From the NCBI GenBank assembly GCA_964344345.1, contig CAYFNC010000011.1, positions 18,325 through 82,324 of the forward strand: a stretch of DNA of 64,000 nucleotides, in the 5' to 3' direction. Below, piece after piece: positions 28,374 to 37,271 of this stretch (the stretch's first letter is position 1; every line of letters starts with the position of its first letter). Under the pieces are notes generated by a model. The model was not told the DNA's origin and did not search any database. It worked only from the letters and a program-made list of their open reading frames with translations. A program made the position numbers and the translations under genes. This DNA is from an uncultured Hyphomicrobiales bacterium (GTDB lineage: Bacteria > Pseudomonadota > Alphaproteobacteria > Rhodospirillales > CAYFNC01).

Positions 28374-29344
28374 CGGCGAACGCAACGCCCAAGGACCTGT
28401 TCCGCGCCATGCTTCGCATCCGCCGGATCGAGGAGGCCATCGCCGAGCGCTATCCGGCGCCGACCCCGGCCGAGCAGACGATCCGCTGCCCCGTGCATCT
28501 GTCCATCGGGCAAGAGGCGGTTCCGGTGGGCGTCGCGGCCGCGCTTCGCCCGGACGACAAATTCGCGCTCACCCATCGCTGCCACGCCCAGTACCTGGCC
28601 AAGGGCGGCGCGTTGAAGCCGATGATCGCCGAGATGCTCGGCCGCGAGACCGGGTGTTGCGGCGGGCGCGGGGGCTCCATGCATCTGCACGACGCCGAGG
28701 CCGGGGTGATGCTGAGCCTGCCCATCGTGGCCAGCGCGATTCCCATCGGAGTCGGAGTCGCGCTCGCGCTCCGCCAACAAGGGTCCGACGCCGTGGCCGC
28801 CGCGTTCTTCGGCGACGGCGCCGTCGAGGAAGGCGTCTTCCACGAAAGCATGAACTTCGCGGCGCTAAAAAAGCTGCCCATCCTGTTCGTGCTCGAGAAC
28901 AATCTCTACTCGGTCTACACCGGGCTTCCCGACCGCCAGCCGGACCGCCCCCTGGCCGACCTGGGCAAGGCCCACGCCGTTCCCGTCATCCAAGGCGACG
29001 GCAACGACGTCCGGTTCGCCCTGGACGCGGCGCGGGAGGCGACGGCGCGGGCCCGCGCCGGAGGCGGGCCCACGTTGATGGTGTTCGACACCTACCGCTG
29101 GCGCGAGCACTGCGGCCCCAACTACGACAACGACATCGGATACAGGACCGAGGCCGAATTCCTGGAATGGAAGGCCCGTTGCCCCATCGAACGACTTCGA
29201 AAATCGCTGGGCCTTTCCGAGGCGGAAGAGGCCGCCATGGAGCGCGCCATCCAGACCGAGATCGAGGACGCCTTCGCCTTCGCCGAGGCGTCCCCCCACC
29301 CCGACCCCGACACCGCCGGAGACATGGTCCTATGCCCGTCCTGA
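28370..29344 (+). CDS. thiamine-diphosphate-dependent 2-oxoacid dehydrogenase/acetoin-type E1 component, alpha subunit
   Basis: HLSIGQEAV, GRETGCCGGRGGSMHL, FFGDGAVEEGVFHESMNFAAL.KLPILFVLENNLYS (TPP-binding GDG...NN motif). ATGA overlap with the preceding gene. Confidence 0.8.
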   Translation: MTANATPKDLFRAMLRIRRIEEAIAERYPAPTPAEQTIRCPVHLSIGQEAVPVGVAAALRPDDKFALTHRCHAQYLAKGGALKPMIAEMLGRETGCCGGRGGSMHLHDAEAGVMLSLPIVASAIPIGVGVALALRQQGSDAVAAAFFGDGAVEEGVFHESMNFAALKKLPILFVLENNLYSVYTGLPDRQPDRPLADLGKAHAVPVIQGDGNDVRFALDAAREATARARAGGGPTLMVFDTYRWREHCGPNYDNDIGYRTEAEFLEWKARCPIERLRKSLGLSEAEEAAMERAIQTEIEDAFAFAEASPHPDPDTAGDMVLCPS

Positions 29345-30405
29345 CCGTCGCTGAGGCCATCCGCGAGGCCACGGACATCTGCCTGGGCCGCGACGAGCGG
29401 GTCTTCCTGATGGGGGAAGGCGTCGCCGATCCCAAGGCCATCTTCGGCACCACCGCGGGACTGGCGGAAAAGTACGGGCCCGAGCGGGTGTTCGAGACCC
29501 CTGTCTCGGAGAACGGCTTCACCGGCGTCGCCGTCGGCGCGGCCATGATGGGGCGGCGTCCCATCGTCGTCCATCAACGGGTGGACTTCGCCCTGCTCTC
29601 CCTCGAACAGCTTTTCAACAACGCGGCCAAGATCTGCTACGTCACCCGGGGCGAGCACACGGTTCCCCTGGTGGTCCGCATGATCGTCGGCCGGGGTTGG
29701 GGCCAAGGCCCGGCCCACTCCCAAAGCCTGGAGACCCTGTTTTCCTCGGTCCCGGGCCTGAAGGTCTGCATGCCCGCGAGCCCCAAGGAGGCCAAGGGCA
29801 TGATGATCGCGGCGGTCGAGGACCCCAACCCGGTCATCATGCTGGAGCACCGCTGGGTCCATTACGTCAAGGGCGATGTCCCCAAAGGACATTACGCGAC
29901 GCCGTTGGAAGGGCCGTTCCGGGTCCGCGAGGGCGGGGACGCCACCGTGGTCGCCACCGGCTACATGCGCTACGAGGCGCAACAGGCGGCGGACGCCCTG
30001 GCGGAACAGGGCGTCGAGGTCGAAATCCTGGACCAGGCCGTCCTGCGTCCCCTGAACGCGGAGCCCGTCGTCCGATCGGTCGCGAAAACCGGACGGCTTC
30101 TGGTTGTTGACAGCGGTTGGGTCCAGCACGGCCTGGGCGCCGAGATCATCTCCCGGGTGGTGGAGCGCGACCCGTCGCTGTTCGCCCGCAGGCCGAGGCG
30201 GCTCGGCCTCGGGGACCATCCGACGCCGTCGAGCCGCGTTCTGGCCGAGCGTTTCTATCCCACCTCGGTGGAGATCGCGTCCACCCTCGCCGACATGCTG
30301 GACCTTCCCGAAGACGCGCGCCGGGCGGTCGAGGATAGGCTGCGGGAGGAGCGCCGAGCCCTGCCCATCGACGTGCCCAACCCGGCGTTCATGGGGCCGT
30401 TCTGA
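29332..30405 (+). CDS. TPP-dependent E1 component, beta subunit
   Basis: VFLMGEGV....IFGTT.GL.EKYGPERVF.TP.SENGF.G.A.GAA..G.RP and the C-terminal transketolase-like domain. Overlaps the alpha subunit by 13 nt. Confidence 0.8.
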   Translation: MPVLTVAEAIREATDICLGRDERVFLMGEGVADPKAIFGTTAGLAEKYGPERVFETPVSENGFTGVAVGAAMMGRRPIVVHQRVDFALLSLEQLFNNAAKICYVTRGEHTVPLVVRMIVGRGWGQGPAHSQSLETLFSSVPGLKVCMPASPKEAKGMMIAAVEDPNPVIMLEHRWVHYVKGDVPKGHYATPLEGPFRVREGGDATVVATGYMRYEAQQAADALAEQGVEVEILDQAVLRPLNAEPVVRSVAKTGRLLVVDSGWVQHGLGAEIISRVVERDPSLFARRPRRLGLGDHPTPSSRVLAERFYPTSVEIASTLADMLDLPEDARRAVEDRLREERRALPIDVPNPAFMGPF

Positions 30406-30512
30406 CCCCCTTGGCGTTTCCACCGGTAACGCCATATTAAGGACGGCGCGGGTATGTTGACGTGGGCGATCGCCCCGGTCGCATCCGGACGCGTCCCAAG
30501 GAGGCATGGAGC

Positions 30513-31307
30513 GTGAGCGGTTTTCAGGAGCTGCCCGACATCATCCGCGACGGCTTGTCCCGGGCCGCCGAGGCGCCGCGCCGCGAGGGCCCCCTCGGCC
30601 CGAGCCCCAAAAGCGTTCCCATCGAAGCCGCCGAGAACGGAGCGACCCTGTTCCTGGCCGTCGATCCCAAAGACCACACGGTCATCGAAGCGCGCCATTC
30701 GAAGGCGAAGGATCCGGTCGAGCGGGCCGTCCTGGATTGTTTCTGCCATGAGATCGAGGGCCTGCCGCTTCAGGAGGCTTGCGACCATGGGAGCCTGAGA
30801 ACGCTTCACCGCTTGGCTTCCCCAGTAGCCGCGCGCCCCGCGCCCGGCATCATGACGCCCCGGACCGTCCATCCCGCATTCGCCACACCGGAAAGGTTGA
30901 TCGACAAGGCGCGGGACGCCTATCTGCGGTCCCGGAGCCTCGATGGTATCGACGCCGTCTATAAACCCCGCCCGTCCGACGCCTGGATGGGAAAAAGCCG
31001 CGACGCGCGGCTGGCCGCGGTTTCAAAAAGCGTCCAGGCGTTCCTGAGCGACCGGGACCTTCCCGCAAGCGCCGTCGAGGCGGACCATATCGACGACGAC
31101 GCCTTCCATCGACCCGTCCGCGTCTTTGTCGCCTTCGGCGACGCGATCCCTTCCGAACAAAAGCCCATTCTCTCCCGGGAGCTAGAGGCTTGGCTCAAGA
31201 CCGAAGTCGAGGACCGCCTGGAGCTCTACAACCTGACCGAGGCGGACGCCAACAAGATCCGCGTGATCGGGGGCGCGACCCGTGGCGGGGCCAAGGAGGT
31301 CGCATGA
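30513..31307 (+). CDS. hypothetical protein (264 aa), no family recognised
   Basis: GTG at 30513 lies 8 nt after an AAGGAGG Shine-Dalgarno sequence (alternative start 30462). The end overlaps the radical-SAM ATG (ATGA). Confidence 0.5.
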   Translation: MSGFQELPDIIRDGLSRAAEAPRREGPLGPSPKSVPIEAAENGATLFLAVDPKDHTVIEARHSKAKDPVERAVLDCFCHEIEGLPLQEACDHGSLRTLHRLASPVAARPAPGIMTPRTVHPAFATPERLIDKARDAYLRSRSLDGIDAVYKPRPSDAWMGKSRDARLAAVSKSVQAFLSDRDLPASAVEADHIDDDAFHRPVRVFVAFGDAIPSEQKPILSRELEAWLKTEVEDRLELYNLTEADANKIRVIGGATRGGAKEVA

Positions 31308-32416
31308 GCGAAAACGGCGGCCTGATCCTGGACGGCACCAAGATCGCCTGGCACATGGAGCGCGTCGAGGCTTGGGAGCGGGGCGAACGCATCGCGCCCA
31401 TCACCATCGACATGGCACTGACCCGATCGTGCAACTACGCCTGCGTCTATTGCTTCGCCATGCTGCAGGAAAACGCGCGCAAGATCATCGACCAGAGGGT
31501 GATCCATGATTTCCTTGAGGACTGCGCCGAGATAGGCGTCAAGGGCATCAGCCTGGTCTCGGACGGCGAAAGCACCATCAGCCCCGTGTTCAAGGACACC
31601 ATCGTCCGGGGCGGCGAGCTGGGGCTGTCCATGGCCTGCGGCACAAACGCCTTCGTGCTCAATCGGCGGCTGCTCGAGGAGATCATGCCGCACCTGACGT
31701 ACATCCGCGTCAACATCTCGGCCGGGGAGCGCGACCGCTACGCCGAGATCATGGGCGTGCAGCCCGAATGGTTCGACCGGGTCCGCCGCAACATCCAGGA
31801 CATGGTGGACATCAAGAGATCCAAGGGCCTCGACGTCACCATCGGCATGCAGATGGTCCTCATGCCCGACTTCAGGGACCAGATCCTTCCGCTGGCCCGG
31901 CTGGGCCAGGAGCTCCGCCCCGACTACCTGGTGTACAAGCACTGCTCGGACAGCGAGGACGGCGGGCTCGGCGTCGATTACGGCGCCTACGACGCCCTTC
32001 ACGACCTGCTCCGCGAGGCGGAGGCCTTTTCGGACGAGTCGTTCGAGGTCATCGTGAAGTGGTCCAAGGTGAGGGACGGCGACGCCAGAAGCTACCAACG
32101 ATGCTACGGCCCGCCGTTCATCATCCAGCTTTCGGGCTCTGGCCTGGTCGCGCCCTGCGGCATGCTGTTCAACGAGCGCTACAAGAAGCTCCACATCGGC
32201 AACATCTGCGACGAGCGGTTCCGGGACATCTGGGCGTCCGACCGTTACTGGGACGTCATGAACTACCTGGCCTCGCCTCGATTCGACGCGCAGAACATGT
32301 GCGGGACGCTGTGCATGCAGCACAAGGTCAACGAGGCCCTGGACGCCCACATGAAACGGAATATCACCCTGGAGCCGCCCACGGGTCCGGCGCCCCAGCA
32401 CCTCAATTTCATCTGA
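31304..32416 (+). CDS. radical SAM enzyme (paralogue 1) with a Cys-rich C-terminal extension
   Basis: CNYACVYC (CX3CX2C) lies near the N-terminus after ITIDMALTRS. Further conserved Cys are present (RCYGPPF, APCG, CGTLCMQHKVN). The C-terminus ...PQHLNFI is shared with paralogue 2. Confidence 0.8.
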   Translation: MSENGGLILDGTKIAWHMERVEAWERGERIAPITIDMALTRSCNYACVYCFAMLQENARKIIDQRVIHDFLEDCAEIGVKGISLVSDGESTISPVFKDTIVRGGELGLSMACGTNAFVLNRRLLEEIMPHLTYIRVNISAGERDRYAEIMGVQPEWFDRVRRNIQDMVDIKRSKGLDVTIGMQMVLMPDFRDQILPLARLGQELRPDYLVYKHCSDSEDGGLGVDYGAYDALHDLLREAEAFSDESFEVIVKWSKVRDGDARSYQRCYGPPFIIQLSGSGLVAPCGMLFNERYKKLHIGNICDERFRDIWASDRYWDVMNYLASPRFDAQNMCGTLCMQHKVNEALDAHMKRNITLEPPTGPAPQHLNFI

Positions 32417-32428
32417 TCGGTAACGCCC

Positions 32429-33526
32429 ATGCCCGACGCTTTTCGCATCGAAAGCCACAAGCTGATCTACCACCCCGAACGGGTCGCCCAACTTCAAGCG
32501 GCGGGCGAGGATTGGGAGAAGGCGAAACACGTCTATCCCATCTACGTCGAGATCACCCCCATCGGGGCCTGCAACCACCGCTGCGGGTTCTGCGCCTTCG
32601 ACTACGTCGGTTACAAGCCCGTCGCGCTCGACGTCGATCTGTTGCGCGAGCGGCTTCCGGAAATGGGGCGGCTCGGCGTCAAAAGCGTCATGTACGCGGG
32701 CGAGGGCGAGCCGCTGTTGCACAAGAAGATCAACGAAATCGTCGCCATCACCGAGGACGCGGGGATCGACGCCTCGTTCACCACCAACGCGACCGTCCTG
32801 CCCGACGGCTTCGCCGAGGAGGCCTTGCCAAGGATTTCGTGGATCAAGGCGTCGATCAACGCGGGGAACGCGGACACCTACGCCAAGATACACGGGACCA
32901 AGGCGCGGGATTTCGACAAGGCCCTGGAGAACCTGCGGACCATGGTCGCGGCTCGGAACGCGCAAGGCTCGGACTGCGTTCTCGGCGCCCAGATTCTTTT
33001 GCTGCCCGAGAACGAGGGCGAAATCGAGGCCCTGGCGCGGATCTGCCGCGACGACGTGGGCCTGGACTACCTGGTGGTGAAGCCCTACTCCCAGCACCAT
33101 TCCTCCATCACCCAGAAATACGCGAACCTGGAGTACACGTCCTTCCAGGACCTGGAAAAAGGCCTGGAGGGAATGAGCACGGCCGATTTCTCGCTGGTCT
33201 TCCGCAGCGCGACCATGCGCAAGTACACGGAAACCGACCGCTATCCCCGCTGCTATTCGGTGCCTTTCCTGTGGGCCTACGTGATGGCGGACGGGACGGT
33301 TTCGGCGTGCGGCGCCTACCTGCTGGACGAAACGTTCGATCTCGGAAACATCCAGGACCAAACCTTCGAGCAAATCTGGATCGGTGAGAAGCGCCGCAAG
33401 AACTTCGAATTCGTCCGCAACGAGTTGAACATCGATCAGTGCCGCCGCAACTGCCGCATGGACGAGGTCAACCGCTACCTCCACCAGCTCATGGACGCGC
33501 CCCCGCCGCACGTGAATTTCATCTGA
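32429..33526 (+). CDS. radical SAM enzyme (paralogue 2) with a Cys-rich C-terminal extension
   Basis: CNHRCGFC (CX3CX2C), RCYSVPF, SACG, CRRNCRMDEVN and the C-terminus ...PPHVNFI. Lies 12 nt after paralogue 1. Confidence 0.8.
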   Translation: MPDAFRIESHKLIYHPERVAQLQAAGEDWEKAKHVYPIYVEITPIGACNHRCGFCAFDYVGYKPVALDVDLLRERLPEMGRLGVKSVMYAGEGEPLLHKKINEIVAITEDAGIDASFTTNATVLPDGFAEEALPRISWIKASINAGNADTYAKIHGTKARDFDKALENLRTMVAARNAQGSDCVLGAQILLLPENEGEIEALARICRDDVGLDYLVVKPYSQHHSSITQKYANLEYTSFQDLEKGLEGMSTADFSLVFRSATMRKYTETDRYPRCYSVPFLWAYVMADGTVSACGAYLLDETFDLGNIQDQTFEQIWIGEKRRKNFEFVRNELNIDQCRRNCRMDEVNRYLHQLMDAPPPHVNFI

Positions 33527-33737
33527 GGCGCCGGTTCAATAAAACGACCGCTCGGCCTTGAAGCGGGCGACGGCGCTTCATCGGCGCGAGGATCGCCTGG
33601 CCCGTGGCGCGCCGGTAGCGGCGCTTCGAACTCCGAGCCGCCCGCGCCAGCCCTCCGCTTCGAGGCCCAAAATCCCCGGCGGCCACGAGAAGGCTTGATT
33701 GTCGCCATCATCTCAAGTACCAAGGGGGACCCAACAG

Positions 33738-33813
33738 GTCCCCTTCGTCTAGAGGCCTAGGACACCGCCCTCTCACGGCGGCAACAGGGGTTCGAATCCC
33801 CTAGGGGACGCCA
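33738..33813 (+). tRNA. tRNA-Glu (anticodon CUC), CCA encoded
   Basis: GTCCCCTTCGTCTAGAGGCCTAGGACACCGCCCTCTCACGGCGGCAACAGGGGTTCGAATCCCCTAGGGGACGCCA is near-identical to E. coli tRNA-Glu except for the anticodon loop CUCUCAC. Confidence 0.92.
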
Positions 33814-33927
33814 ATCTCCCGCAATTGCGGGCGCTTCGGCCCGCCAGCGACGCGATCGGTTCGCGCATCGCCCGGGTCTTGCGCCGTTCGGGTGGGCGCG
33901 GGCGCCGTTCCGCGCGGCGAAGGGCCT

Positions 33928-33960
33928 AAAAAAAGAGGAGGCCCCATGGGGCCTCCCCTG
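33928..33960 (-). terminator. Rho-independent terminator of phaC
   Basis: Minus strand reads AGGGGAGGCCCC-AT-GGGGCCUCCUCU followed by UUUUUUU, about 30 nt after the phaC stop. Confidence 0.85.
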
Positions 33961-33990
33961 CGCGTTCGGCTTTCGCCCTTGGCTCGCAAC

Positions 33991-35790
33991 TCAGAGACGC
34001 TCCTTGACGTAGGAGCCGGGCGCGGGCTCGATGGGCTTGTAGACGCCACAGCCTTCCTCGCGGGCGGCGACCATGTCCTTGCCCGAAAGCTTGCGCATCC
34101 ACGCGTCCCAATCCGGCCACCAGGAGCCCTCTTTCTCCACCGACTTCTCGAGCCAGGCGTCGGGGTCCTTGGGCGGCTTGCGGTCGTTGACCCAGTAGCA
34201 GTACTTGTTGCCCGCGGGCGGGTTGATCACGCCGGCGATGTGGCCCGACGCCGCCAGCACGAAGCGGTTGGGGCCGCCAAGCAACTGGGTGCCCTTGTAG
34301 GTGGACAGCCACGGCGCGATGTGGTCCTCGCGGGCCGACAGGAAGTACGTCGGGGTCTTGATCTTGCCGAGATCGATGGGAACGTCGCCCAGCACGATCC
34401 CGCCCGGGTCCTTCAGACGGTTCTTCTGGTAGAAATTCCGGAGATAGAAGCTGTGCATCACGGCGGGCATGCGGGTCGAGTCCGAGTTCCAGAACAGAAG
34501 GTCGAACGGGAACGGATCCTTGCCCAGCAGGTAGTTGCTGACCACGAAGGACCAGATCAGGTCGTTGGCGCGCAGCATGTTGAAGGTGCCCGCCATTTCC
34601 GAGCCTTCGAGATAGCCGCGCTCGCTCATCTTCTTCTCGAGGAAGCAGATGGTCTCCTCGTCGATGAAGACGCCCAATTCGCCGGGCTCGGAGAAGTCCA
34701 TCATGGTGGTGAGGAAGGTGGCGCTCTTGATCCGGTCGTCGCCCTTGGCGGCGCAGTAGGCGAGCGTGGAGGCCAGAAGCGTGCCGCCGATGCAGTAGCC
34801 GATGGCGTTGACTTCGGGAACGCCGGTGGCCTTCTCGATCACGTCGATCGCGACGGTGGTGCCCTCGATCACGTAGTCGGCGAAGCTCTTGTTCGCGAGA
34901 CGCTCGTCCGGGTTGACCCACGAGATCATGAAACAGGTGTGGCCCTGGTCCACCGCCCACTTGACCAGCGAGTTCTTCTCGCGGAGGTCCATGATGTAGA
35001 ACTTGTTGATCCAGGCCGGGACGAACAGCAGCGGGCGCTTCAGCACCTTGTCGGTGGTCGGCGTGTACTGGATCAGCTGCATCAGGTCGTTCTGGAAGAT
35101 CACCTTGCCCTTGGTGGTGGCGATGTTTTCGCCGATGGTGAAGGCGTCCATGTCGGTCATGCTGACGCGGAGCGAGCCCTTGCCCCGCTCCAGGTCGCCC
35201 AGCATGTTCTTCAGGCCGTTCAGCAGGTTCTCGCCGCCGGTCTCGATGGTGGTGCGCAGAACCTCGGGATTGGTCATCACGAAGTTGGTGGGCGAGAAGG
35301 CGTCGATGAACTGGCGGGTGTAGAAGTCCACCTTCTGGGCGGTCTTCTCGTCCAGGCCGTCCACGTTGTTGACGGTGGACTGCATCCAGCGCGCGGTCAG
35401 CAGGTAGGACTGCTTCATGAAATTGAAGACTTCGTTCTCGCTCCAGGCCTCGTCCTTGAAGCGGCGGTCTTCGCGCTCGGGCACGATCACGGGCTCGGTC
35501 TCGGCGCCCAGCATGCGGCTGGCCGTGTTCTGCCACAGGTTCAGGTAGTCCTGCCACAGCGACATGCTGGCCTGGGCCAGCTTGCCGGGGTCCGTCATCA
35601 TCTTGGTGGTCATTTCCAGGAAGGCGCTGCCGATGTTCAGGGGATCGGACATCCCGATCGATCCCTCGGCCGCCTGCTTGGTGAGAAATTCGGTCACGAT
35701 CCTCTGGCTGCGCTCGGCGATGTCAGCCATGGACTGGGAAAGCTTTGCAGGATCAGGCATTTGGAAGTTGGCGCCCTGTTGCTCTGCCAT
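33991..35790 (-). CDS. phaC: class I poly(R)-hydroxyalkanoate synthase
   Basis: 599 aa with lipase-box GYCIGG and conserved blocks (LLFVPAWINKFYIMDL, FNMLRANDLIW, W.N.D.TR.P). Confidence 0.92.
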   Translation of the reverse strand: MAEQQGANFQMPDPAKLSQSMADIAERSQRIVTEFLTKQAAEGSIGMSDPLNIGSAFLEMTTKMMTDPGKLAQASMSLWQDYLNLWQNTASRMLGAETEPVIVPEREDRRFKDEAWSENEVFNFMKQSYLLTARWMQSTVNNVDGLDEKTAQKVDFYTRQFIDAFSPTNFVMTNPEVLRTTIETGGENLLNGLKNMLGDLERGKGSLRVSMTDMDAFTIGENIATTKGKVIFQNDLMQLIQYTPTTDKVLKRPLLFVPAWINKFYIMDLREKNSLVKWAVDQGHTCFMISWVNPDERLANKSFADYVIEGTTVAIDVIEKATGVPEVNAIGYCIGGTLLASTLAYCAAKGDDRIKSATFLTTMMDFSEPGELGVFIDEETICFLEKKMSERGYLEGSEMAGTFNMLRANDLIWSFVVSNYLLGKDPFPFDLLFWNSDSTRMPAVMHSFYLRNFYQKNRLKDPGGIVLGDVPIDLGKIKTPTYFLSAREDHIAPWLSTYKGTQLLGGPNRFVLAASGHIAGVINPPAGNKYCYWVNDRKPPKDPDAWLEKSVEKEGSWWPDWDAWMRKLSGKDMVAAREEGCGVYKPIEPAPGSYVKERL

Positions 35791-36071
35791 GGGTCAATCC
35801 TTCGTTTTCTTCAGGTTTTACAGATACTTGACGGACGTATGCGTGCGGTTGGTCGCGCCCCCTTCATCGACACCGTGAAAGTCCGAAACGCCATCCCCGC
35901 CGCGCGCGCACGCGTTGTTTATACAGTCTTAAGGAATTTGATGGCAATCTTCAATTCCGGTTGGACCAAGAATTGTTGGCTTTCGGGGGGCCGCGCGGAC
36001 TAAAATAGGGGAGAACCGCGGCCGGGACCGATTTCGGGGAGCCTGTTTTGAAAAGGGAGAACACGGCCATC

Positions 36072-37241
36072 ATGACGAGGCAACGCACGCCGCGATCTCG
36101 CGCGGCCTTTCGTCGTTGGCGGGGGATTTACGCCGTAATCGCGGCGTTCGCCGGGAGCGCGGCGCTCGTCGGATGCTCCCAGGTGCCGGACGCGATCAAC
36201 CCGATCGAGTGGAGGAACTCGGTCGTCGACGCCTTCACCGACGAGGAGGTGGATGAAAGCTCCGACAAGGAGAACCACTTGGTCGCCGAGCGGGGCGAGG
36301 ACGCTCCCGGCGGCGACAAGCCGTTCCCCAACCTGGGCGAGACCCCGGACAAGCCCAAGACCCTGTCCAAGACCGAGCGCGAGCGCATCGCCGAGGGCCT
36401 GGTGGCCGATCGCCAGGAACGGCGCTACGCCGGCGCCGACATCCGCCGCCAAGGCGACGCGGTGCGTCCCTTGAACGAGGAAGCGGCGTCCGCCTTCCCG
36501 CCCGAACGCCCGTCCATGCCCACCAAGGCGCCGCCCGCGAAGCCCCGGCCCGAGCCCAGGCTCACGCCGCTTCAGGCCCCGGCCTCCTCTCGCCCCCTGA
36601 CCACCGAGGAATCGGTCAAGGCGGTGAAGGAAACCTTCGCCCAGCGCCTCAACGACCCGGTGCCGCCGGGCGCGGGCTCCGGCCCGCCGCGGCTGCGCTC
36701 CACCTCCGACCTTTTCGGCGGCTACCAGGGCGAAACGTCCATGTCCACCGTCGTGGTGTCGTCGGGCGGCATCGACCACGCGGTCGGCGTGCCCATGGGC
36801 CGCATGCTCACGCCCCCGGCCCAGCTCACCCCCGCGCCCGCGAGCTCGCCCGGTCTGCACCGCAGCGCGGGCGGACCGGTCGGCGGGCCGCTCAAGGTCG
36901 CGACCATCCAGTTCGGCAACGGCTCGTCCCGTCTGGGCCAGCGCGACAAGGCGATCCTGCGCGACGTGGTCCGGCTCCAGCGCCAGCGCGGCGGCCGCTT
37001 CCACATCGTCGGACACGCCAGCAGCCGCACCCGGCCCATGGACCCGGTCCGGCATCAGATGGTGAACTTCAAGATCTCGGCCGCCCGGGCCGACGCCATC
37101 GCCCAGGCCCTGATCGGCATGGGGGTCAAGCCCGACGACGTGGTGGTCACCGCCAAGTCCGACGGCGTGCCCATGTTCTACGAGGTCATGCCCACGGGCG
37201 AGGCCGGAAACCGTCGGGCCGTAATCTACCTGATCAACTAA
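36072..37241 (+). CDS. OmpA-family lipoprotein (Pro/Ala-rich linker plus C-terminal OmpA-like domain)
   Basis: Lipobox ALVGCSQ. The C-terminus FGNGSSRL.....L..V......GG.F.IVGHASS...........N..IS..RA.A....L...GV.....V...G resembles an OmpA_C peptidoglycan-binding domain. Confidence 0.7.
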   Translation: MTRQRTPRSRAAFRRWRGIYAVIAAFAGSAALVGCSQVPDAINPIEWRNSVVDAFTDEEVDESSDKENHLVAERGEDAPGGDKPFPNLGETPDKPKTLSKTERERIAEGLVADRQERRYAGADIRRQGDAVRPLNEEAASAFPPERPSMPTKAPPAKPRPEPRLTPLQAPASSRPLTTEESVKAVKETFAQRLNDPVPPGAGSGPPRLRSTSDLFGGYQGETSMSTVVVSSGGIDHAVGVPMGRMLTPPAQLTPAPASSPGLHRSAGGPVGGPLKVATIQFGNGSSRLGQRDKAILRDVVRLQRQRGGRFHIVGHASSRTRPMDPVRHQMVNFKISAARADAIAQALIGMGVKPDDVVVTAKSDGVPMFYEVMPTGEAGNRRAVIYLIN

Positions 37242-37271
37242 ACCGGGGCCCGCGTGGCGGGAATAAAAGGC

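Noticed and set aside
33724-33745. Hairpin GGGGGACC-CAACA-GGTCCCC overlapping the 5' end of tRNA-Glu.
   Set aside because: The 3' arm is the tRNA acceptor stem itself. It is probably a processing or leader structure, or coincidental, and there is not enough evidence for a separate feature.
27000-33813. The radical-SAM/E1 cluster as a tRNA-Glu-integrated mobile island.
   Set aside because: I saw no integrase and no direct repeat of the tRNA 3' end. Most of the genes have host-like G+C. The position is suggestive, but mobility is unsupported.
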